Below, piece after piece: positions 40,102 through 53,800 of a stretch of 64,000 nt of DNA. Position 1 is the first letter of the stretch. The number at the start of each line of letters is the position of its first letter. The notes below the pieces were generated by a model, which was not told where the DNA came from, ran no database searches, and was given only the letters and a program-made list of their open reading frames with translations. The stretch comes from Octopus sinensis (taxonomy: Eukaryota): NCBI RefSeq assembly GCF_006345805.1, contig NC_043006.1:51274001-51338000 (forward strand), written 5' to 3'. The position numbers and the translations under genes are program-made.

Positions 40102-40452
40102 TATATATTATATATATATATACACACACACACAACTAAAATGAATAAAATTATTTAGTTGTCATATGCCAACAAAATAATTATTGGTCACCAGCAGCAA
40201 TTATTTTGACTGGGTATATAGTTTGTTGTTATTAGGATTCAAAATTTGAATGTGCTCAACTGTAAGGAGGTCAAAATGGTGACCAGGTTGAGTGGAAATA
40301 TGACTGTAGAATGCCTGTTGTTCTTATAATGGTGACATGAGGTGCAGTCAGTGTTTTTATAATAGGCCTCAATATCTCTGCTTTCCAATGAGGAACAATT
40401 CTTGAAAAGCATCTACTGGTTCCCCATTTAGTGCCATAAAAAACCAAAGTAT

Positions 40453-40510
<58 letters not shown>

Positions 40511-40605
40511 AGTGCAAATGTGTGTGTGTAAGTGTGTTATGCATGTATGTATGTATGCATGTATGTGTCCTCATGTCCTTATAATAATCATAATGTAAAT
40601 ACACT

Positions 40606-40636
<31 letters not shown>

Positions 40637-40677
40637 AACCAAAACTCTTAGCAATACTTTGGCTCAATGTCAAATTA

Positions 40678-42740
40678 CACTGGGCAACAAGAAATTTTTT
40701 TGCCTGGTGCCTGGAATATTTCAACGAATTCATAAGTAATTTTGCCTGCTAAATTAAAAAATAACTTCAGTTTTTCTCTATCAGGTCTAGTTTTCTGACT
40801 AGACCTGATAGAGAATTTTATTCATATAAAAGGCATATAATATGAATCAATATAGCATAACACAAAACAAAACAAAGTAGAAATAAAAATTCAAAATTGA
40901 AAATGCACATTGGCAAAGATTTTTGGCAGAAAATTCAAAGAATAAATTTACACTTGAATGTTGAGCAACAGTAGTATCTCATTTTAAACACCAGCAATAG
41001 TCTGTTATCATCACAGCGTCCCAATGTCCTTGATGCCAAGTTTCCATCTCCTTGTTGTCCTGATGGAATCGTTCACCTTGTTCATCGCTAACATCTCCAA
41101 GATTTTCAAGAAAATGATCAAGATGACTAAAAAGCCAAAGTATTTTGATGCTTTTATTCGTGCCAATATCACGAAAAGTTGATATCAAGTTGGTAACAAG
41201 ATCTTTATAGTTTTCACTTTTGTGATTCCCAAGGAAATTTTACACTACTTCTGCAATGGCTAGCCAAGCTGATGCTTCATTTTCGCTCATCATTTTCACA
41301 AAATTTGTGTCCCTCAAGTGCTTACAGATCTGTGGTCCATCCAAAATCCCTACTTTAAGTTTTTCAATCCTCAAGTCTGGAAATACACTGCAGATATACT
41401 TGAAGCATTCCTCTGTCAAGAGCTTTGGCGAATTGTTTGATCAATCTGAGTTTGATGTGCAAAGGGGGAGAAAATGATCTTATCTCACTCAACTAAAGGT
41501 TCTTCCAATATTATGGCAGCTCTACATGGAGCCATATTTGTTTGAGCTGGCCAGTCTTTCTTAACATAGTGGTTTACTCAGTCTCTACTGTCCCACATGC
41601 ATAGAAAGCATGGGTATTTGGCATAACCAGATTGCTGTCTGATGAGAAAGACCCATTTATGATCATGATACAGTATCTTCTCTAAAACCAACTGAACTTC
41701 TTCATATTTTTCCTTCAGAGTTGTTGAGTGACTTGAGTGCTGTATTCCTCAATGCCAAGTTTATTAAGAAGCCCACTGACATCTCTGCAGTAAAGCAACA
41801 CTTCCCCTTTTGTGAAGAAAGAAAGGAGTCCTTCATGTCGGCTCCGATAAAAGGTTATATGTATACCATTCTCTAGAAGATTCTTCTCTTTCAGTCGGGA
41901 AGCCAACAGCTCTACAGAATTTTTGGGGCAGTTCAAGTCATGATCTAGATCATTCAGCTCTACCTGGGAGAATAGCTGAGGTAAAGTCTCACCTGAAAAG
42001 TCTTGATCTCTAGTGTCATCTTCAGGTGATGTATCTTCTTTGGTTGATGGTAAAGTTATCTGAGGCAAGACATTGAAGACAGGAACAGGAAACTCTTCAC
42101 TGTGTGGAACTGGTCTAACAGCAGAGGCAAGAATAGGATAGACAAGCGTTTGTCGATTTTTCCAGTTAATACCCCTCAAATTTAGATTACAAACATATCA
42201 ATCGTCCACGTGATTATAGGGATTCCACCATACCACTGGTATAACAAACCTCATAATTTTCCTTGTCTCTTTAGTCCATTAATGCAAATGTTCTGTACAA
42301 TATTCGCAGACACTATGTGGTACCCAATATTTATCTTGATCTCCCAGCTTGATCCCAAAATATGCCATGTATGCTCTTTCAACAAAATCAGTGATGTTTT
42401 TTTTCAATTTTCAGGTAATGTGTATTCTCCACAAACATAACAAAACATTTGGAGAATTAATGCAACACTTTCTTGAAGAGGACATCTTGCTCATTTTCTA
42501 TTGCTTAGTACAACACAACATCAAAAAAGTATGGAAAAAGAAAAAAAAACTTAGAATTAGAATAAGGTAATGAACACTGCATACTGGATGTGTACACATA
42601 CATAGTAACTATAGAAATGTTCAATAACTTAAAAACTAGATCTGATAGCTCAAAAAGAAGGTTATATTTGAATTCAAGAGACCGATTTTGTATGGGAATG
42701 ATGTCTATTTCCTAAATACAAAAAAGCTTGTAGACCAGTG
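40678..42740 (-). mobile_element. Near full-length decayed Chapaev3-like (CMC superfamily) DNA transposon
   Basis: TIRs CACTGGGCAACAAG and CACTGGTCTACAAG (rc); flanks TTA and TAA. Transposase remnants: WVPHSVCEYC, RPVPHSEEFPVP, FSQVELNDL..DL, ELLASRLKEKNLL, SHLDHFLENLGDVSDEQGERFHQD...DYCW. Confidence 0.75.
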
Positions 42741-45259
42741 TAATCTCTTAAATTGCAGTTTTAATATATTTTAATAAAAAATTTCTATTGTCAATTTTAT
42801 ATACCATTTTTACTCAATTCCTACAGCTCACACTCTACTGTTCTCATTTACTGCAATCACCTAGTTTCTTGTCCATCCACCTATTTCTCACTCTCCTTTA
42901 GTGCCATTCTTTGTTATCTAATCCTGTTCCTCTCAGGTTATTATAACACCCTATTTCCCACAAGGGAAGTCATATTCCCTCCACCCATCTTTTGATTGGA
43001 ATTTGGTATAAACTTGATATTTCACATGGTGGTAGGACATTGCTGGTGCTTTTAGTTTCTGTATTGAATTGCACCAGGATTGAAATGCACATAAAAGCAA
43101 TAAGTGATGACAATATTCTAGTGATGACCTTATAGCAATCTACTATCACACCAATAAAAAGAAATTACACTTAAAGCAATACGCAGCATGCACATGGATG
43201 CAATTTTCATACTTGAGAGGGTTGTAATGTGATGACAGACTCTTAAAATTCTCTGTGCATAAACATAGAAAAGCTCCCAAACCATGTCAAATGTATTATA
43301 ACTGAAAGTTACAAACCACCAGTATCACATGGGTTGGGGTGTATTAAACCCCTCCTATAGGTAACATAGTTAAGTAGTCTTTCACAGCTTTCAAATATAG
43401 TGTACCTTGGCCCAATTTATCCAATATATCTCATAAATCTTTACTTTTATGGATGACTGGATGTGATGTGAGAAAGATTTGGTTACTATTTCTGGCAGAT
43501 AAAGTGACCATTTAGAGGTACCCTTATTGGCTTATGGATGTTGTTATTTAGCCTGAAGAAATATATGATCAAAGATGCTCCAGCCTTCACTATCCATCTT
43601 TTTGTTTACTCATGACATCAGAAAAATGGGAAATGTATTGAATGACATGTACAAAAAATAAATAAATAAATGAATTTCAATTATTTCAAATTTTGTTCTG
43701 TGCTTGAGAAGGAAAATGAAAGAGTTTGCAGTATTTGTGAGCAGGTCTCAAAGGAAGGGGAGATAATTATTTTAAGAATTATGTCTTAATTTCACAGAAA
43801 ATTGTGAAATTTTTATGTTTAGAGTAAAATATAATATTTGTTAGTAGGCACTGTGAAGGCTAAGGATGTTTCAGTACTATTTAGTCTTGTAAGGAGAGTA
43901 TAGTTATCTGAAGCCTTATTGATCAGTGGAAAGAGTTTATCAAATATACAAATGTTAAGAATAGTTTTGACTACTCGTTACTATTTTACTTGTTTCAGTC
44001 ATTTGACTGTGGCCATGCTGGAGCACCGCCTTTAGTCGAGCAAGTCGACCCCAGGACTTATTCTTTGTAAGCCTAGTACTATTCTGTCGGTCTCTTTTGC
44101 CGAACCACTAAGTTACGTGGACGAAAATACACCAGCATCAGTTGTCAAGCGATGTTGCGGAGACAAACACAGACACACAAATATATATATATATATACTT
44201 ATATACGACGGGCTTCTTTCAGTTTCTGTCTACCAAATCCACTCACAAGGCTTTGGTCGGCCCAAGGCTACAGTAGAAGACATTTGCCCAAGGTGCCACA
44301 CAGTAGGAATGAACCCGGAACCATGTGGTTGAAGCAGTCCACTTACTTAAATTAAGATAAATCAGATAGGTTTCGATATATTCAATGGCATAAGCCAAAA
44401 GATTACCCTTAAAATCAATAGATGCCTATTAGTTAGAGAAAGAAAGTGAAAAAAATCCTACCTTTAGTTGTTAGTGACTACCAAAGTGGTACAGAGATAA
44501 TATCAAAAGAATAGAAATTAATTTCCCAGAAACTTTTTTATTATAGCATCATACTTTGTCTGCTAATAAAGATCAGATTTTCTCCTAAGCTTGAAAATTA
44601 GCAATTTTCTTTGGAAATGATTCTTACTGTACTGAAATTATCTCCCCTTTTCCTTCAGAATCACTAACATTTGCTGCTCGGTTGGTTTTTGTATTCTTTT
44701 TCTAGTTCTTTTAGTTTCTTTTACTTATTTCAGCCATTCTGGGCATATTGCCTTAATAGGTCTGATTAAACAAATCGGCCCTGGCACTTGTGTGTGTGTG
44801 TGTGTGTTTTGGAAACTTATTCTATTAGCAGTCTTTTTTGCCAAACAACTAAGTTATGGTGATGTAAACAAACCAACACCAGTTGTGAAGCATGGGGTGG
44901 ACAAACACACATACACACACACACACACACACACATACAAATACATACATTCCTACACACCATTTTTTATCAACTAAATCTACTCACATGGCATTGATTA
45001 GCCTGGGCTATGGTAGAAAAGAAACTTGCCCAAGGTGCCTGCAGTGGGACTGAACCTGAAAATCATATTCATGCTTAATTTCAATTCATTGCAGTTTATT
45101 TTAGTAGGTCAACCTATCTGGTTCATCTAAACACATGCCATTTGTCCACTTGAGCTATGTTGGTCAATGTCTTCTTCCATTTTAAAAAAGCTCATAGGAT
45201 ACTGGTTTGAGGTAAATTTGGCTACTATTTCTTGTGGGCTCTTTCTCTGATGATCCAGT

Positions 45260-46727
45260 TATGTGTGATGGTGGTGGAATAGTATGGTAGACAAAGCCAT
45301 TAGAGCAAAGAAACAGGCCTGGAAGGGTGGGAGTAGCACCTGATCCAGCAGCTTGATACCCCTGTAGTTATTTCTATCTAAAGCATCACCTTTACCCATG
45401 TAGCAGCTGACTATAGTGCTGCTATGCCAGTCGTTGGGTATGACTCCATCATGAACTACCTGGTTTACAATGCGGGTGACTAGGCCTTGGCCCACACCAC
45501 CAGATGTTTTAAGCATGTAGCAGGGAACTGTACCAGGTAGCCAAAGGGAGGCTGGGTGGCAGGTATACATAGCCAAGAGCGAAGCAGAAAAGAAGTTTGC
45601 CAATGTCCAGCAACGTGAGGACCAAAGAACTGAGGTATTTTGGATTGCAAGACAGTGTGTGAGAGAAAATTTTGATGTCACAGGAGAGAAATATGTCCGC
45701 ATGGATGATAGTGCACTTGCTTTTAATGATTCTGAAAAGAAAGAGGCTTGGAGAAGCCATTATGAAAGACTGCTGAATGTGGAGAATGAATGGAAAGAGG
45801 AGAGCTGGCCAAATGTTGACCTAGTAGAGGGACCAGATATCTGAATAGACAGCTCCCTAGCAGATAAAGCAATTAAGGGTATGAAGCCAGGAAAAGCCCC
45901 CGGCCCATCAGGAATCACTGCTGAGATGCTTAAAACATCTGGTGGTGTGGGCCAAGGCCTAGTCACCCGCATTGTAAACCAGGTAGTTCATGATGGAGTC
46001 ATACCCAACGACTGGCATAGCAGCACTATAGTCAGCTGCTACATGGGTAAAGGTGATGCTCTAGATAGAAATAACTACAGGGGTATCGAGCTGCTGGATC
46101 AGGTGATGAAGGTCACTGAGAGGGTTATAGCCCATCTCATTAGGGAGAGAGTCTGCTTAGATGAGATGCAGTTCGGTTTTGTGCTGGGTAGAAGCACCAC
46201 TGATGCCATATTCCTGGTTCGATAACTGCAGGAAAAATACCTAGCTAAAGATAAACCCCTATACTTAGCTTTTGTGGACTTGGAGAAAGCTTTTGACAGG
46301 GTCCCCCATTCCCTTATCTGGTGAGCGATGCGGAAACTGGAGATTGACGAATGGTTGATAAGGGCTGTACAGGCCCTTTACAGGGAGGCCGTTAGTAAGG
46401 TTAGGATTGGCAATGAGAATAGTGAAGAATTCTGAGTAGAAGTAGGGGTCTACCAAGGTTCAATCCTCAGTCCCCTTTTATTCATCATAGTCCTCTAGGC
46501 TATAACAGAGGAATTCAAGACAGGTTGTCCCTGGAAGCTCCTCGATGCTGATGACCTGGCCCTCATAGTTAAATCACTACTGTAATTAGAAAAGAAATTT
46601 TGGGTGTGGAAGTTAGGTTTAGAATCAAAAGGACTTAGAGTCAATGTAGCAAAGCCCAAAGTTCGAGTGAGTATGAAGGCGAACTCATCACACACACCCT
46701 CAGGTAGGTGGCCTTGCTCGATCTGTA
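45260..46727 (+). mobile_element. Decayed RTE-clade LINE (ORF2/RT) carrying an internal inverted 180-bp insertion
   Basis: MKPGKAPGPSGITAEMLK...NYRGIELLDQVMKV...QFGFVLGRSTTDAIF, FVDLEKAFDRVP, QGSILSPLLF and DADDL are present, with stops. Confidence 0.9.
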
Positions 46728-47334
46728 GAAATCCACTCACAAGGATTCGGTCAGCATGAGGCTATAGTAGAAGACACTTGCCCAAGGTGCCACACAGTGG
46801 GACTGAACCAGGAACCATGTGGTTGGTAAGCAAGCTACTTACCACACAGCCACTCCTGCGCCTACGTATTTTCTTTTAATATATTTTAATAAATGTGTTA
46901 TATATTTTTATTTATTAATTTATTAATTTTTGGGCATGAAAATGTTTATTTTAGCAAAAGAAATAATTAAAATTTAAAAAAATATAAATACCTATTGGTC
47001 GCAGAAACCCACAATATACTGAGGAGTCCACAGTATAAATTTACATATATTAGCCAGAAAAATCCATGATGTACTGAGGGCACAATAGGTGGACCATGAC
47101 ATGGCGAATGATTACTGTATATATGTGGGTGGGGCTGTTGTAGGTGTGTGTGGGGATGTTTTTATCCCTGAGTATTTGTGTCCCCTTGAAATCATGCTAC
47201 AGTTATAAAATGTCTTTCATTTCTAATAATCTTCTGTGAAAGCAGCCAAGGGAAATATTACCTTACTTGGAAACAGTGATGGCTGGTAATAGAAAGGACA
47301 TCTCAACATAAAGTATCTACTTCAATGAATTCTG

Positions 47335-47359
<25 letters not shown>

Positions 47360-47374
<15 letters not shown>

Positions 47375-47705
47375 CCCCCTTCGGTCATGACACAGACCAT
47401 GGGATTGCACCTGGAAAGTTACCCTCCCAGGCACAAGTCCAGGCAAGGTTGTTTATGGAAGACCAGCAGTCGCCCATGCATACCGGCCACCCCTCTTCAC
47501 GCCACCAGTGTCATCCAAGGGGGAAGCAAAGGTCGATACAACTTGGCACCTGTAACGTTGCAACTCATTTCTACAGCTGAGTGAACTGGAGCAACGTGAA
47601 ATAAAGTGTCTTGCTCAAGAACACAACACGCAGCCCGGTCCAGGATTCGAACTCACAACCTCACGATCGTAAGCTCGACACTCTAACCACTGAGCCATAT
47701 GCCTT
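47360..47705 (-). mobile_element. tRNA-derived SINE (family D)
   Basis: Minus head GGCATATGGCTCAGTGGTTAGAG, GTGAGTTCGAATCC, GTGTTCTTGAGCAAGACAC; related to the copy at 12330-12478. Confidence 0.75.
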
Positions 47706-47708
47706 TAG

Positions 47709-47740
<32 letters not shown>

Positions 47741-47863
47741 CTACACATACATGTGTGTGTGTGAATATATGTAGGAGTATATATAAATATTATCGATGTC
47801 ACATACATAACATATGTTTTGTTTATAAGCTCTTTAGCTCTTGTCAAACTGTCCAACCCATAT

Positions 47864-48690
47864 AATAATAATAATAATAATAATAATTGTGTACAGTGCT
47901 CAGGTGCACTACAACTCATCTAAAGTGTATATATAATCAGGTGTAGTTTCGGCGGATTTCGGAAAGCATGAGGGCCTTAAAGGATGCAGTGTCATGGCAG
48001 TCAACAACTGACGCAGGCAGTTTATTCCATGCTTCAGCAACTCTGAGCGTGAAAAAATGTTTCCGAAAGTCATGGGAGCTGTGTTGTTTTCTGACTTTGT
48101 AGGCATGTCCACGTGTGTTAGACACATGGAGATCAAAAAGGTGTTCAGTGTTGTTGTTGGTGAGGTAGTTGATAACTTTGTGGATGTTCACCAAGTCCGT
48201 CGCCAGACGCCGGAGCTTCAGTGAATCCATGCCCAGGGAAACAAGGCGCTCAGAATATGGTAGGTGTCTGATGGAGGGTATGCGTTTGGTTGCACGTCTC
48301 TGGACAGATTCCAGGAGGTCAATGTTCTGAGCAAGATAGGGGTTCCAAACTGATGATGCGAATTCCAAGTGTGGTCGTACCATAGCTGTATACAGTTTTA
48401 AATAGATGGCTGGAGAGCGGCTAACAAAAGTCTTGCTGAGTGATGCCAAGATACCCTCGGCCTTCTTGACAATTTTAGAGATATGCTTTGTCCAACGCAA
48501 ATCACTGCTGACAGTGATGCCTAGGTCACGCTCGCAAGAGGATTTCTTGATATCAGTGTTGTGGAGGGAGTATGTGGATGCAGGGTTTTTTCTCCCAAAA
48601 TGCATGGTGGTACACTTGTCCACAGCCAGTTTCAGTTGCCAGTCTGTGATCCATTGCTGCATTGTGTCTAGGTCTGATTGCAGGAAAGAG
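47864..48690 (-). mobile_element. 5'-truncated CR1-clade LINE 3' end with an open ORF2 C-terminus and (ATT)n tail
   Basis: 241-aa ORF: ERDLGITVSSDLRW..H, YTAMVRPHLEFASSVWNPY, LESVQRRATK, LRRL..DL, TRGH..K, RKHFFTLRV..AWNKLP. 3' UTR and (TAA)n at 47862-47887. Confidence 0.92.
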
Positions 48691-51208
48691 TTGTAGACAT
48701 ATCATCATGGAAGACAGTCATTAAATGATGACAATATATGAACATTCATTTGTATATGTATATAAATTATACATTGTGTGTGTGTGTATGGAAGGTGCCA
48801 TGTTGTAGGTGCTTCGCCGTTTCTGTTTCCTGTCCACAGAAATAATTTTAAAAAGCAGATGTTTGTTTACATTTTCCCAGTTTCCAATTAGATGGAACAG
48901 TAAGGGCTAAAGGGTGGTACTTCTTAATAAATTATAATTTATAGTACATTTTCATGTACTGAAATATATCAAAGTAGTAAGAAATAGGAGATGCATAAAC
49001 CTCCAAGCATGGAATCTATGGCCTGAAGTAGATTCCTGATAATTGCTATTCTATCCTGTTTTCTTTAGAAAATCAAATCTCCTGTACTTGACAGAATGCT
49101 GAGCAGTATTTCTTCTGGCAGCTTACATTCTGTGTTCAAATCCCACCAAGGCTGATTTTTCCTTTCTTCCTTTCAGGGTCAATAAAATAAAGTACCAGTC
49201 AAGTACTGAAGTCAGTGTATTTAGCTTGTCAATTTCCCTCAAAACTGCAAGCCTTGTACCAAAATTTGAAACTTTATTTTATCAATCCTGGATGGATAAA
49301 AGGCAAACTTGATCTGGACCATATTTGAACCCAAAACTTAAAGAGCCATAACTTAATACAACACATTTTGTCCATCTGTCTAATGATTCTATTCTGTCAG
49401 TCCATTAACATTTTCAATTATTTCATTAATGCCTTTGGGATATTAATTAACATTCTAATATCCTATTTCCTTCCTCTCATTACAGAAGTCAGTTGAATCA
49501 ATTATAAGCCAATGAAGAGCTCATCTTGCAAGAATTAGCAATGCAATACATCTCAGATCATTCCCTGACATATTAATAAAAAAGGACAGGGCATTAAATA
49601 ATGTAGTCAGGATAAAAGACGGGATGTCCATGGATGGAATGCTTTTGATCATAGATCTCTAGAATTTTGCTCATTCATGTCCAACATGGGGCTAAATTGC
49701 TTCATCATGGATCAGATCAATCATTGACAAGTGCTATTGATTGTGAAAATCAAACAATTTATTTATTTCCATTGGGAATTATACAAAACATTTAGCATCT
49801 CATTTTTTTCTAATATGTATTTGTTATGCATGTGCATGTGGGGATGTGCAAAATTATGTTTTTAATGCTTATTGAACTGTAAACAACACACACACACAAA
49901 AGTGTGTTGTTTCTTAGGAGGCGAATCCCCTTCTATAAAAACTTCTGGTAACTGTCTTTCAGGGGTTTCTTCCCTTTTCTGTCTTTTTGGCTCAGGTAAG
50001 AGAACCGAAATTTTGTTTGATAACTGAGGCATATTCATCTCGAATTTTCTGTTCAAAAACCAATTTGTTTGACATGTGACATGTTTGAGAAGTGAGGTTG
50101 CTCTGTACACATATACTTACAAATACATACACATACACAAGCGCAATGTGTGTGTGCAATGGGCTTGCACAGAGTTTCTGTCTATCAAATTCATTCCCTC
50201 AGCATTGGTCAGCCCAGGGCAAGAGTAGAAAATGCTTGTCCAGGGTGTTGTGCTGTGGGACTCAACTCAAAATCACGTAGTTGCAAAGAAAACCTAAGCA
50301 AAAAGAAATTTTAGCCTAAAAAGAATTTAATACATCCTTTATTGTTTTTCTTGTCAATGGTATCCCAATTGATCAACTAAACTGCCTTCTTGTTAAATCA
50401 CAATGCACGTGGTTGAGTATTCCTCAGATACTGGTAAGTAGAATAGACAAGGTATAGTGATAAAGCTGACCACAGCCCATCTGTTGGCCTTCTCCTTTCT
50501 ACTCACGTTGTCAACTTGACACTATGATAGAATATTCAAGACGTCACACACTGAGATGGAACCCTGGACTTCGTTACAAGCAAAGTAAATCACTCGGTCA
50601 TGCCTGATATATTAACAATAGAAGACATGACAATGAACAAAAAGGAGAGGAAAGAGAAGAGAGAAAGAGACAGCGCCAAAATACAATGAAGTTACTTTAG
50701 CGACATCAGTTGAAAAGCTACACTTCATTGTTTTTCCAGCATTTTCTTTTTTCCTCTTGATCTTTGAAAAATGTTTTTATTTTTTTCTCTCCATGCCTTT
50801 CTTCCCTGCTTTTCTTTTCTAGCTCTTTCTCAAATTTCCCCACTTCCATCTCTTTCCCTCTCTAACGATCTCACACATTCACACTCATTCATTTTGCTTA
50901 ATGGTAAGTTGCATTGTGTGATAGAGATATTCTTTATTCTTTCTATTTTTTTTTGGTTTTTACTAATGCACTCTCTTTTTGTCTGTCTTTTTTATCCAAC
51001 CATCCATTCATTCTCTCTCCATTTTCTCATCTTATTTTATATATAGCAAGTTTTCTTTTTTTAATTTTTTTCTCCATTTACCCTCCCCAATAATTTCTTC
51101 CTCTCACTCTTTCTGTCTCTTTTTAATCTTATAGTTTCTTGTTCCCCATTGATATTTGCAGTTTCTCCAAATTTTCTCTTATACAAGTATATGTTTCAAT
51201 ATATTCTG

Positions 51209-51250
<42 letters not shown>

Positions 51251-51425
51251 GTTAGTGTGTGTGTGTTTAACACACACACATTACAGAATATATTTAGATA
51301 TTTAGCCAACACTGTTTAGACATGTAAAGACACCATATCTATTATATACAATAAAGATTTATAGATATATTCTGTAGTATAAATTCTGTATAGCATTGAC
51401 AAAACATTTTTAGTGCATCATAATA

Positions 51426-52660
51426 TATTCAGTCATCCCAGAAATAATGTTTCTTTCAATTGCATAAACTAAAAGTCGGAGGAGGACAGGATAAACTACT
51501 TGTATCAACTTGCAATAAAAGTAGCTATTAATTTTACCTTATTTTTAGTGCAAGGTTTGAAGAGTGCAGCTCAATTCTAACAGTTATTTTTTCAAAGCTA
51601 TAATGGAAGTGACAAAGGAGCATATTTGGCATATTTTGCTTTATGATTTCAATAAAGGTAACAACACAACGGAAAGTGTGAGAAATATTAAATGCAGTAT
51701 ATGGAGATCAGACAATAAGTGTAAGCCAGTGTCAATAGTGGTTCCAGAAATTCTGAGCCGGAAACTACAGTCTAGAAGACGTGCTTCATCCTTGAAGATC
51801 TGTAAAACTTGACAAGGATGTCCTGCAATCCCTGGTGGAACAAAATCCCATCATAACTTTTGAAGAACTAGCAGAGAAGCTTGGATATAGTCATTCAACT
51901 AGTCATCGACACCTGCATGTCATTGAAAAAGTTAGCAAATTGAGTCAATGGGTTCCTCACAAACTTTCCCAGTCGAACCACATGCAGAGAGTGAATGTGT
52001 GTGCTCTTCTTTGCTGTCACGTCTCATGAATGAATGTTTTTTGGACCAAATAGTGACTGGTGACAAGAAATGGGTTCTCTATAAAAATGTCAAGCGCCAA
52101 AGACAGTGGGTAGGGAAGGGGGAAACACCAGCACCCCAGGCTAAAGAAGTCTTCATCTATGTAAGGTGTTGTTATCTGTTTAGTGGGATATGAAAGATTT
52201 AGTCCACTTAGAACTTTTAAACTCAGACCAAACAAAAGGGTTTACTGCAAGCAGCTTGAGCAGCTTAAGTCAGCACTAGAAGAAAAACGACCATCTTTGG
52301 TTTCAAGATGAAAGGTGTTCGTCCATCAGGATAATGCTTGGTCACATACAGTGAGGATGACATTATAAAGGCTGAAGCAGATGGAATGGGGAACGATCCC
52401 CCAACCGCCATATTCGCTGGACATTGCCCCATCTGATTATCATTTATTCTGCAGTCTTCAAAATCATTTGAACGGAAAAAATATGAATTCTATAGATGAG
52501 GTCAGAACAGTACTGCGGGAGTATTTTTCATCATGGACAAGTGAATTTTGGAAGTCTACCAGATAGATGGAAGAGCATTGTAGAAAATGAAGGAGAGAAC
52601 TTTGTTATCTTAATTTTGAAAAATAAAAGTATAAAAAAACCGCATTATTTATGAATATAT
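51426..52660 (+). mobile_element. Full-length decayed mariner (Mos1-like) element
   Basis: Broken ORFs include HIWHILLYDFNKG, WVPHKL, IVTGDKKW, HQDNA and YSLDIAPSDYHLF. TIR remnants TATTCAGTCATCCCAGAAATAATG (51426) and AACCGCATTATTTATG (~52638-52653). Confidence 0.85.
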
Positions 52661-53089
52661 ACATACCACATACACTCACATATACGTACGTACATATATA
52701 TATATATATATGATGGTGATAATGATATATATCATCATTATCATCATTTAGCATCCACTTTCCATGCTGGCATGGGTTAGGCAGTTTAACTGAAATTGGT
52801 TAGCTAGATAGCTGTACCAGGTTCCTGTTTAATTTGGCATGGTTTCTATGGCTGGAAGCCCTTCCTAATACCAACCACTCCAAGTGTGTGTGTGTGTGAA
52901 TGTGTCATCATCCTTTAATGTCTGTTTCCATGCTGGCATGGATTAGATGGTTTAACAGGATCCAGCAAGCTGCATTGTGCTCCAGTGTCATCTTTGGCAT
53001 GGCTTCTATAGCTGGATGCCTTTCTTAATGCCAACTACTTTACAGTAATGTATTGGGTACTTCTTTTGTACCACCAGCACTAGCAAAGT

Positions 53090-53800
53090 CACCAAGTAAC
53101 TTACAGTGTAATCTATAGATTCACAAAAGGTGCAGTGGAATCACAAGAAAGTTAACAGAGAAAAGTGTGTGTCAGAGGTGCAGGAGCAAATAAATGTTAA
53201 GAATACACAGGAAATTGGTTTTCTCAAATGCCTGAGAGAATCCTCAGTTATAGTAGATAGTTTTTCTTACCTAAGTGAGTTAATTAGCAGTGAACGTGGA
53301 TATTCTGAAAGTATAGTCACTAAACTAAAAATGAGCTGGAGAAAGTTCAGAGAGCTATATACCTCTGTTAGTAACAAAATGTTTCTGTCTTAGAGTTAAA
53401 GGGCCAATTGTATGATGAATGTGTATGACCAGCAATGATTCATGGTAGTGAAATGTGGATCCTAAAAGCAGAGGACATGTGAAGGAGAGAAGGAAATGAA
53501 GTAAGCATGCTCTGGTGGATGTGCAACATTAGAGTTCATGTATGACAAGGTGCAAGAGTATTGAAAGAAGAATTAGGCATAAGAGAAGCAGGCTCAGTGT
53601 ACAAGAGAGAAGACTGTGATGGTTTAGCCATGTGATGTGGCTACATAAAGAAGTGTCAATCACTAAATGTAGATGGAACTTGTGGAAGAGGGAGATCCAG
53701 GAAGACATAGGATGTAGTGAAGATTGACCTCATGATGTTGAGCTTTATGGAAATGACAAAAGACAATGATAATTTGGTAATTTGCTGTGCTTGAGAAGGT
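53090..53800 (+). mobile_element. Decayed RTE LINE 3' fragment
   Basis: VDSFSYLSELISSERGYSESIVTKLKMSWRKFREL; later HGSEMW, MLWWMCN and RGRSRKT remnants. Confidence 0.8.

Noticed and set aside
45337-45516. Twin-priming 5' inversion of the RTE LINE
   Set aside because: LINE sequence continues on both sides of the insert, and the inverted piece duplicates sequence still present downstream at ~99% identity in an otherwise decayed element.
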